Shown here: positions 56,685-64,000 of the stretch, in pieces
Numbering within the stretch: position 1 is the first letter of the stretch
Layout of the letters: the number at the start of each line of letters is the position of its first letter
Assembly (NCBI GenBank): GCA_021162785.1
Contig: JAGGYA010000016.1
Coordinates: 1,533 to 65,532 of the forward strand
Origin: Candidatus Calescamantes bacterium
GTDB taxonomy: Bacteria > CAIJMQ01 > JAADFP01
DNA: 64,000 nt
Direction: 5' to 3'
The notes under the pieces: generated by a model
Told to the model about the DNA's origin: nothing
Seen by the model: the letters and a program-made list of their open reading frames with translations, nothing else
The model's database searches: none
Translations under genes and position numbers: made by a program

Positions 56685-59600
56685 TCAAAACCACCACCTT
56701 TTTCGGGTATCTCTCCACAAAAGATGAATAAAGCATCCTCCACCCCCACCTCCTCCCCCTGCAGCTACTCCAGCAGATTTACCCACTGTGGGAGTGGCTC
56801 TCCCTCTATCTTCATAGGTATATTCTTCATATCCAGAGGTATAACTATAAAAAGCATAATAATAAGTATTCCCATTTTCCACATCTTCATCAACGTATGT
56901 GCCATTAGTTGAATCAAATACAAGCACTACAGCTGAATCAGAATCTACATGGTCAGAATTTGGTGAATCATAGGGTGAGACTCCATCTTGGAAAATCTCG
57001 CCCTTTCTTTCCACGGGAATGTAAGTCCCCTCTTCCTCAGGTATTAACCATATGTCATCTTCCGGTCTATAAGGCCAATAATGATAATGCATCCAACTTT
57101 TTACAATTACTACCCCTTCTTTCTGAGGATCAACGCTCCAGCTCAATTTCACTTTACTATCTCCCGCTTCTACTTTAAAATGAGCAGGAGGAGCCGGCGG
57201 TGTAGGTGCACCTAACCCAAAGATCGAAAGATGGTTCATTTCTAAGACCACTACATTTCTTGCCGTGTCTACATAATAATCCTGAACTCTCCTCCATGTG
57301 GCTCCGTCAAAGTAGAAAGGTATTATAGTATTTTCCTCTACACTCGTGCCATCTACATAACCATCCTGATTTTCATCAGGATAAGGAATAAAGAGATAAA
57401 ACGGTGAATTATTTAGGACACCATTGTAAACTGTAAATTCTCTATATATTCCCAAATCATCCACATTTGAGTAATCAATATTTATCGTCCGCTCAATCGA
57501 ACTCCCACCAAGGATGTATAAATATGTATTTTCATCAACAAAACTGAAAGCAGTAAGAGGGATATATGCACCTGTTCCATCCGGTGCGAAGGTAATTATC
57601 CCTTCTCCAGAAAGGGCATAGGAAGTTAAGGCAAAATATCCACTTTGTGTATAGACTCCATAAACTCTGGGTGAAGTATTGTTTACAGTAAGAAGAAGAG
57701 GTGGGGAAGGGAAAACATTATCATTTGTATCCTTTACTTCTACCCTGATCTCATAGGTGCCATCGGGAAGACTTGAAGTATCCCATTCTAAACCGTAGGG
57801 GAAGGTTGCTGTTTCATTCTCCATTTTTATCCAATAAGGTGCACCCTCTTCCTTATATTCTCCCCAAACAGAAGCAACATCAATATTGGGGGTTATATAC
57901 GGAATTATGGGCACTATTCCTCCTACTGTAGTATTCACCACTGGATAGATAATATCTACTCTTCTCTCCTCTCCTTTTACAATCACTGGTACACTGCTTC
58001 TCTCTATTCTCCACAATCCTTCTGAATCTATTACCATAAGATAAGGCCAGTAATAGCCTACTTGAGTATAAGTATGGGATAGGTTTATAGGACCAGTATC
58101 AGTGGTTACATAGTCAAATATACCGTCTCCTTCAAAATCCAAGAAATAGTATTGGATGTAAACATCAGCTTGTGGAGAAGAAGCCAGCGCAGAGAAGTTA
58201 ACCGTTAAAGGCAAGAGTTCCGTATCTGAATATTCTACTTCAAAACTTTCAATTATGGGCGGTAGAGGTTCCCCTTCTTCAGGTGGGATTACCGTGATTT
58301 CCAAGTCTTGAACAAAGTTAGAGTATCCTTCATTATCCGTAACTTTAAGCCTTGGATAATAGATTCCAATTTCTCCTAAACTATTAGTGGGAGTGGGGTA
58401 ATCCCCCTGTAGATTAAATCTTCCTCTCCCTAAGAAATCCCAATAGAACATTTCTATAACGCCGTCTGGATCGCTACTATAAGAACCATTAAAATTCACC
58501 TCAAGGGGTGGGTTCCCTAAGGTGGGTGAAGTTCCGGAAAGAGAAGCATGAGGTATCTCTTCAGCTATCTCACTCACAATAATATTTAAGTTATCACTCG
58601 TTGCAAGCCCCCTATAATCTGTAACTCTTACATATACACTATAAACTCCCGGTGCATCAAAGGAATAAACAACCTTTGGGGACAGTGTTGTAAGGTCATA
58701 AATGCCATCACCATTGAAATCCCATTCGTATTTTTCTACAGTTTTGGAAGGTGTGGCTACAAATGTAACTACTAAGGGCGGTGTTCCAGTCAGGGTTGAG
58801 GCACTCAGGTCTACAGTGAAATCGCCCGTTACCGTAATATCCAAGGTGCTTTCCACATATTCACCTTCTTCATCCATTATCCTTAATACTGGATGAAATT
58901 CACCTGCTTCATTATATACATGCGTTACCTTCCCATCCGTTATTCCATAGTAATCTATCTTTTCCCAGTCAAATATTCCCTTCCCATCAAAATCCATCTC
59001 TACCTTCACAACTTTTCCATCTGGGTCCTGGACTTGGAAATTAAATTCTACAGTAAGAGGAGCTGTCCCAGAGAGGGTATTAGCATTGAACTGGATAATT
59101 TGTGGTTTCTCATTTATATTGTCAATGGTGAAAGAACTATCAGACTCATCCTGGGAAACTCCATCGTTATCATATGCAGTAATTCTTATAAGATAATCAT
59201 CTCCATCAGGCACTTCAGTGGTATCCCAGGCATAAACACCTGTATTAGCCACATTTTGTGCAATGTAATTCCAAGTCATACCATTATCGGAAGAGTATTC
59301 TATATCTATTCCTGTAATTTGGTCTCCATCATCGGGTTCAATAGCATACCATTCTATATTTACTGTCCCTCGAAGTTTCTCATCTCCATTCGGGTAAAGA
59401 ACTTTAACTAATGGTGTCTCATTAGGAGTATTATCTACAGTGAAGTAACTGTCGCTTGTATCCTCTCTTACACTTACTCCATCGGTAACCGTTATTCTTA
59501 TAAGTGCTTGGGTAGAATCAGGGAAAAGTGTAGTGTCCCATGTATAAGTATCATCTCCATTGGTAGTGGTAAATGTATCAATCTCTTCCCAACTTCTTCC

Positions 59601-62600
59601 TCCGTCATAGCTGTATTCAAGCGTTACTTGGAGAGTTTCAGCACCAGCAAAGAATACAGAATAAGAAATATCTACCTCACCTTGAAGCACTTCCCCTCCG
59701 TTAGGATAGTTAATCTTAGCTAAATATTCATGAACCACCGTTATCGGGCCACTATACGGTGTGGTCACAGGTGGATTTATTCCATCATCTATAACTCCAT
59801 AAATCCAGAACTGAGCACCTGTAGAGAATCCTGAAGTATCCCAGGTATAGGTATCACCTGCCTCGTCTGGATCTTCTTCCGTTTCCACTATAAGCTGACC
59901 ATCATAACCACTATCATCTGTATCATAATAAATTCTCACCACTGCATTGTTATCAGGATCTTCATCACTCCATTGGATTAAAAAACTGTTATCTGCATAA
60001 TCATCTTCTCCATCAGGCTCCACTATATTGATGGTAGGCGGTTGATTTATAATTGTGAGAACACCATCACTATAATCATAAACGGGTGGATTTACTCCAT
60101 CATCTATAACTGCAAGAATGTAATAATCTCCTGGGGGTATTTGTGAAATATCCCAGTTGTAAGCATCTGTCTCGTCGTCTTCAGAGATATCTCCACAAAT
60201 AAAGGTATAACCACCATTACTGTAATCATTGTCGGTATCATAGTAAAGGGTAATAGTAGCATCATCTTCTGCATCAAAATCCTCCCATTCTATACGGAAA
60301 GACTGGGAAGCAGTAACTCCTCCCGCTGGTGGAGAAGTTACAGTAATATTAGGAGGATAATTAGCAGTGGAAGTTATCACCCGTGTGGAAATAGTCTCTC
60401 CGGAAGTAAGTTCTGGGGTAAAGACAATCCCTCCTGAAGGGATGGAAACATAAAAATCATCCCCTAAGCTTATATTATCGCTTGTTCTGATCACGATAAA
60501 GTAATCGTTCCCTAAATCTAAATCATTAAGTGGTAAATCTTCTGGAGTTTGAAGTTCTAAGGTAATGGTATACTCACCTGGTGTAAGGCCCCCCCAATCT
60601 GTCTCTAAAATGGGTAAAGGAATATCCACATCTGGTTCAAATATCCCTCTTTGCCCACTTGTGGGATTATCTCTGTATATAGCTACGCCATTTTCTGCAG
60701 GATCTGCATGATCCATAGATTCTAAATCGTCCGGAGTAAAGTCTTCATCTCCTTCATAATTGTAAAATGTCAAGGTTATACTTCTTAATTTCTCAGTCCC
60801 AGTGGCATCATGGATATTAATGCCAATCACTGGGTAAGGTGGTGATGAATAGCCAATGGTAGGATCATCCTCTGGAGTCAAATCGGTGAGAAATACTGGA
60901 ACACTACCTGTTATTACATCAGTGGTAATTTCAGAGGAAGTGATGAAAGAAGTTACTACTACATCTCCCTCATCTTCTCCCGGAGGCGGTTCAGTATCCA
61001 TAGTTATATAGAAGTCATCACCACAATCAATTTTATCCGATGTCCTTATTACCACAAAAACATCCGAACCAGCATTATCTCCTATATCATCATCAGGCAT
61101 AGGAATGCTAGTATTGGGGACAATTTCCACAATATATTCAGGGGGATTAGAAATTACATTGAAACTGGATGGCACAAAAATATCTGGATGGTTGACAGCA
61201 GGATCATTGGGATCATCAAACTTACCAGGGGTGTCACTATCTGGATCATCAATATAAAGAGCTACTCCACTACTTTCATTATTAACGAGATCTGCTAAGT
61301 CCTCTAAGGTAAATTTACCGTCACCTTCATTATCCCAAAAATGAACTCTAACTTTTTGTAAGTACTCATCAGAATAATCATCATTCAAATTAATCCCTAT
61401 TACTGGAGTAGGAGGAGAAGTAGCATCAATTCTTTGGCCAGAAGTAGTAAATTTTTCTAAAGTGCACTCCACTGTATTAATGGCTACCATGCGATGAGAA
61501 GTGAGATTATTATCCAGGGAACCCGGGAATAAACCCCAGCCACCATCTTCCCCATGGTCCCACCAGTTATTGACCAACCTGTTCCATCTCCAAGTAGAAT
61601 ACCTTATCCCTCCAGAAGGCACTTCCACCCTAAAATCATCTCCATGAGAAATACTATTACTCGTCCTTATCACAACAAAGAAGTCATCCCCATGATTAAC
61701 TCCTTCATCATCATCAGGAATATAGATCACATAAGAGTAAGTGAAATCTACATACTCATCATCTCGTGGCCAGCTTCCTAAATCGATCCAGATACCTCTG
61801 CCTGTTTTTTCATACCCTACAATTTTCCCTCTGGATACCGAAGTATAATTATTCTCATCCGGTTTAACCATAGGATAATGGTCGCATCTTAAAAATGCCC
61901 ATTTTGGCCCCGTAGTCCAGGGATCGCTCTTGATCTGATAAATATAATGCCTTTCTGTGATTTTTGTTTCAAGCCGTAAAATTACCTGATTCCCTTCCCA
62001 CTTGGGGCCGCTTGTCCTCGGATCCATGTATGAGTGCTTAGATGCTGCATAAGAGACATACTTATGGAATATCTCCAAGGGTATGGGATCATCATATACA
62101 TCAAAAACACCATTCACCCCCGCTGGATCCCCATCTCCACAGTCTTCGTCAATCGTCCCATCTCCATCATCATCTCTTCTATTTCTCAATTCTTCATCTA
62201 TAAGACCATCACCATCATTATCTATTCCATCCCCTGCTTCAGTATCATCATCTATATAGAGCGTCACACCTGTAAATCTTTTCTCGTACTCTGCATCAAC
62301 GGTATTGTTGTCATCTACTAACGCATTAAGATCCACCGAGGGATCAAACTGCCCATCATTTCCTTCATCGATAAAGTTCAGGATTACAGCATCCAATACT
62401 CTTTCCTCTCGTCCTTCACCATTCTCGTCCAAATGATACTCCACTGCCCAATTTAATCTTCCACCAAATGAATTACGAAAAGCCCTAGAATTATCTCGTA
62501 AATTAATACCTATTACTGCAAAAGGTAGTGATTTCCGGGGAATAGTTTGATTTTCATCTGTTAAATCTGTCAATATAGCCCGTGGATTTGGCCTGGCATA

Positions 62601-64000
62601 AATTTTATAGGGAGGGGTTTGTTGTCCCGGAAGAGGTATCTGGCGCTGAGAAGGGATTTCAACGCCGTCGATTTCTAATTTTATATCTTCCTTTTTAATC
62701 ATCACTTTAAATCGGTCAAAGTCAAAGATGGAATTACTTGTTCTAATGACAATAAAGTAATCGCTTCCCACATAGCCAGTAGTAGTATCATCAGTATAAA
62801 TTTCCAGTGGTGTTTGGGGAACCAAAACTACTCTATATTCGTTTGGATCATCAGAATCTTCCCAATAAATCTGACTTAAAGGTATAAGCTCATCCACCTC
62901 GGGTTCAAAGATTCCGTCTCCACTTGCTCCCACCCCATCTCGATAAAGAGCTACCCCTGAAGAAGGATCATTAAGAGCTAAAGGATTTAAATCAGTCTTG
63001 TCAAATCCCCAGTTACTTTCTGCATAAATAGTTAGAGTAATCTTTTTAATCCGATTATCCTTTCCATCATTACACCATCCATTTAAACCCAAAACTACGG
63101 TTGGAGGGCTCTCCATATCTATTCTTTGATCTCTCTGAGTGAAATTAACGATATCTATAATGTCACACCTAACTACAGGAGGGGTAGAAGGACCAGAAGC
63201 AGTATCAAAATGCGGGTTTCCATTACCAAAATTGTCAGCGTCCTCAATTCCTCCTGCTTCTATTAATACTTTAAAAGAATCTCCATGAGAGCAGGTATCA
63301 CTCAAGGTCACTACAATAATATATGAAGGATAACCATCTGAAAAAGATGCGGGTATAGTTGAGTTTATATTTTCAATTTTGTAATAAGGCCATGGATTTG
63401 GGGTCTCGGTATATCCCAGAAGGGTATCCTCTTCGTCCCATTGGGCTCGTGCAGTGCCATCATTTGCATAAATGGCCACTCTCTGAATATCTGATTCAGT
63501 AATATCTCCATTTACACCTTCTATCTTTACAGTCACAGACTTAAGAACATCTGTCCCGGAAGATTCATACAAATTCAACCCCAAAACAGCTACCTCCCCA
63601 CTTGGATGGGCTAATTTTTCATCGAACAATCCAATCACTGGACTGGGTTCTACATAAAGATCAGCAGTAGCAGTCAATCCTGAATGAATATCAACTACGC
63701 ATACACCTGTCTCCATTCCTGAATAACTATCACTACTGGGACGAGTATCGGGAGTGAATGCATCACCTTCTTGATAAGGATCAGTACCATCCCCTTTATT
63801 ATTGGCGTTCTCCAAATCATAATTCCCATCTGCCTGTTCCAGAGCTACCATATAATGGGACTCATCATCATTATTGCCTTGAGTCTCATCAATGTGCCAT
63901 ATTAATATCCCTTGTCCAGGGATATATTCATCAAATCCCTTTTTACGCCGGTTAACTACTAAGAAATACTCATCACCTAAAGCCCCCCCTATCCATAAAC
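56685..64000 (-). CDS. Giant secreted multidomain protein (5' end outside window): M6/InhA-like metalloprotease module, novel repeats, Ig-like, Asp-box, PKD and FN3-like domains
   Basis: The frame stays open upstream of the ORF-track Met (63851) to the window edge. That stretch reads ...GQGILIWHIDETQGNNDDESHY-MVALEQADGNYDLE...DPY...F.P.T.P.S, which resembles the distal part of the M6 peptidase domain. Downstream are four PKD-like units (PL.V.F....D.DG....Y.WDF.GDG...V.D..G), two SxDxGxTW Asp-box domains and an FN3-like unit. Confidence 0.9.
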   Translation of the reverse strand, partial: LWIGGALGDEYFLVVNRRKKGFDEYIPGQGILIWHIDETQGNNDDESHYMVALEQADGNYDLENANNKGDGTDPYQEGDAFTPDTRPSSDSYSGMETGVCVVDIHSGLTATADLYVEPSPVIGLFDEKLAHPSGEVAVLGLNLYESSGTDVLKSVTVKIEGVNGDITESDIQRVAIYANDGTARAQWDEEDTLLGYTETPNPWPYYKIENINSTIPASFSDGYPSYIIVVTLSDTCSHGDSFKVLIEAGGIEDADNFGNGNPHFDTASGPSTPPVVRCDIIDIVNFTQRDQRIDMESPPTVVLGLNGWCNDGKDNRIKKITLTIYAESNWGFDKTDLNPLALNDPSSGVALYRDGVGASGDGIFEPEVDELIPLSQIYWEDSDDPNEYRVVLVPQTPLEIYTDDTTTGYVGSDYFIVIRTSNSIFDFDRFKVMIKKEDIKLEIDGVEIPSQRQIPLPGQQTPPYKIYARPNPRAILTDLTDENQTIPRKSLPFAVIGINLRDNSRAFRNSFGGRLNWAVEYHLDENGEGREERVLDAVILNFIDEGNDGQFDPSVDLNALVDDNNTVDAEYEKRFTGVTLYIDDDTEAGDGIDNDGDGLIDEELRNRRDDDGDGTIDEDCGDGDPAGVNGVFDVYDDPIPLEIFHKYVSYAASKHSYMDPRTSGPKWEGNQVILRLETKITERHYIYQIKSDPWTTGPKWAFLRCDHYPMVKPDENNYTSVSRGKIVGYEKTGRGIWIDLGSWPRDDEYVDFTYSYVIYIPDDDEGVNHGDDFFVVIRTSNSISHGDDFRVEVPSGGIRYSTWRWNRLVNNWWDHGEDGGWGLFPGSLDNNLTSHRMVAINTVECTLEKFTTSGQRIDATSPPTPVIGINLNDDYSDEYLQKVRVHFWDNEGDGKFTLEDLADLVNNESSGVALYIDDPDSDTPGKFDDPNDPAVNHPDIFVPSSFNVISNPPEYIVEIVPNTSIPMPDDDIGDNAGSDVFVVIRTSDKIDCGDDFYITMDTEPPPGEDEGDVVVTSFITSSEITTDVITGSVPVFLTDLTPEDDPTIGYSSPPYPVIGINIHDATGTEKLRSITLTFYNYEGDEDFTPDDLESMDHADPAENGVAIYRDNPTSGQRGIFEPDVDIPLPILETDWGGLTPGEYTITLELQTPEDLPLNDLDLGNDYFIVIRTSDNISLGDDFYVSIPSGGIVFTPELTSGETISTRVITSTANYPPNITVTSPPAGGVTASQSFRIEWEDFDAEDDATITLYYDTDNDYSNGGYTFICGDISEDDETDAYNWDISQIPPGDYYILAVIDDGVNPPVYDYSDGVLTIINQPPTINIVEPDGEDDYADNSFLIQWSDEDPDNNAVVRIYYDTDDSGYDGQLIVETEEDPDEAGDTYTWDTSGFSTGAQFWIYGVIDDGINPPVTTPYSGPITVVHEYLAKINYPNGGEVLQGEVDISYSVFFAGAETLQVTLEYSYDGGRSWEEIDTFTTTNGDDTYTWDTTLFPDSTQALIRITVTDGVSVREDTSDSYFTVDNTPNETPLVKVLYPNGDEKLRGTVNIEWYAIEPDDGDQITGIDIEYSSDNGMTWNYIAQNVANTGVYAWDTTEVPDGDDYLIRITAYDNDGVSQDESDSSFTIDNINEKPQIIQFNANTLSGTAPLTVEFNFQVQDPDGKVVKVEMDFDGKGIFDWEKIDYYGITDGKVTHVYNEAGEFHPVLRIMDEEGEYVESTLDITVTGDFTVDLSASTLTGTPPLVVTFVATPSKTVEKYEWDFNGDGIYDLTTLSPKVVYSFDAPGVYSVYVRVTDYRGLATSDNLNIIVSEIAEEIPHASLSGTSPTLGNPPLEVNFNGSYSSDPDGVIEMFYWDFLGRGRFNLQGDYPTPTNSLGEIGIYYPRLKVTDNEGYSNFVQDLEITVIPPEEGEPLPPIIESFEVEYSDTELLPLTVNFSALASSPQADVYIQYYFLDFEGDGIFDYVTTDTGPINLSHTYTQVGYYWPYLMVIDSEGLWRIERSSVPVIVKGEERRVDIIYPVVNTTVGGIVPIIPYITPNIDVASVWGEYKEEGAPYWIKMENETATFPYGLEWDTSSLPDGTYEIRVEVKDTNDNVFPSPPLLLTVNNTSPRVYGVYTQSGYFALTSYALSGEGIITFAPDGTGAYIPLTAFSFVDENTYLYILGGSSIERTINIDYSNVDDLGIYREFTVYNGVLNNSPFYLFIPYPDENQDGYVDGTSVEENTIIPFYFDGATWRRVQDYYVDTARNVVVLEMNHLSIFGLGAPTPPAPPAHFKVEAGDSKVKLSWSVDPQKEGVVIVKSWMHYHYWPYRPEDDIWLIPEEEGTYIPVERKGEIFQDGVSPYDSPNSDHVDSDSAVVLVFDSTNGTYVDEDVENGNTYYYAFYSYTSGYEEYTYEDRGRATPTVGKSAGVAAGGGGGGGGCFIHLLWRDTRKRWWF
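60423..63644 (-). repeat. Five diverged intragenic copies of a protein repeat of about 140 aa ('VIRTS' unit) within the giant gene
   Basis: The units lie at about aa 70-205, 248-392, 440-750 (with a large insert), 811-951 and 1002-1143 of the ORF-track protein. Each runs SPP.PV(I/L)G(I/L)N ... D(L/F)..(L/M)......SGVA(L/I)Y(R/I)D ... (Y/F)F(I/V)VIRTS(N/D).I..GD.F.V.(I/V).(S/A)GGI. Confidence 0.75.

Noticed and set aside
56738-56765. The Gly8-coding G/C-rich run near the 3' end of the giant gene, as a possible slipped-strand phase-variation tract.
   Set aside because: The eight Gly codons are mixed (ggg gga gga ggt ggg ggt gga gga). The longest homopolymer is 5 nt and there is no perfect short tandem repeat. 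The alternative frames also give no sensible C-terminus.
58893-59411. A 172-aa plus-strand ORF and several other 60-100-aa ORFs antisense to the giant gene (for example 61554-61781 and 62034-62321).
   Set aside because: Their Ile/Tyr/Phe/Ser-rich, low-complexity translations are what is expected from the reverse complement of Asp/Gly/Thr/Asn-rich coding sequence. They have no start-site signals.
1-64000. CRISPR arrays, transposases/IS elements, integrons, retron or DGR reverse transcriptases, and restriction or other known defence genes.
   Set aside because: I saw no regularly spaced direct repeats in any non-coding gap, and the gaps are all 152 nt or shorter. No ORF shows transposase, integrase, reverse-transcriptase or nuclease hallmarks. 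A by-eye scan cannot exclude short dispersed repeats.

Overview
This is a very gene-dense, low-GC window, with roughly ten intergenic gaps longer than 40 nt. It appears to come from an uncultivated bacterium with a Gram-negative-type envelope: LpxK, LolCDE-like, SurA/PpiD-like, TolQR/ExbBD-like and Lgt/LspA are all present. Cytoplasmic proteins are strikingly Lys/Glu-rich. Most of the window is housekeeping:
- plsX-fabH-fabD-fabG followed directly by fur-feoA-feoA-feoB
- two tRNAs
- one long minus-strand block: hslVU, ppiD-like, dnaG-rpoD, nusA-infB-DUF503-rbfA, lpxK-tmk-holB-yaaT
- a phosphomannomutase/phosphoglucomutase gene (here called pgm), lysS-lolCD, acpS, thiE, thiC, tyrA, def, RNase P RNA, mfd
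- ileS-dksA-lspA-lgt followed by an O-antigen-ligase/TPR gene
- yggT-proC-yggS, opp-type permeases, an M48 protease, purD, rarA

I found no mobile element, CRISPR array, integrase or recognisable defence system.

Five things stand out:
1. A giant minus-strand gene runs off the 3' edge of the window (at least 2,437 codons are visible). It encodes a Lys-poor, Asp/Thr/Gly-rich exoprotein with this order: the tail of an M6/InhA-like protease module, five copies of a repeat I do not recognise (motif [YF]F[IV]VIRTS), acidic Ig-like domains, Asp-box domains, PKD domains, an FN3-like domain, and an odd Gly8-Cys-short-hydrophobic-basic C-terminus. A SurA-like PPIase gene lies 27 nt downstream.
2. An orphan pseudopilin gene (DUF1559 / H-X9-DG-like) has a strong promoter, Shine-Dalgarno (SD) sequence and terminator.
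3. At least eight operon-first genes share a promoter layout with a -10 hexamer, often with an extended TGn, only 5-8 nt upstream of the start codon. This predicts leaderless mRNAs. It includes back-to-back divergent promoter pairs packed into 44-78 nt.
4. The RNase P RNA reuses one helix sequence (YCCGAT/ATCGGR) in four peripheral stems.
5. An SDR-fold gene has lost both its cofactor and catalytic motifs.

All calls come from reading the sequence and ORF translations by eye. No database search was run.
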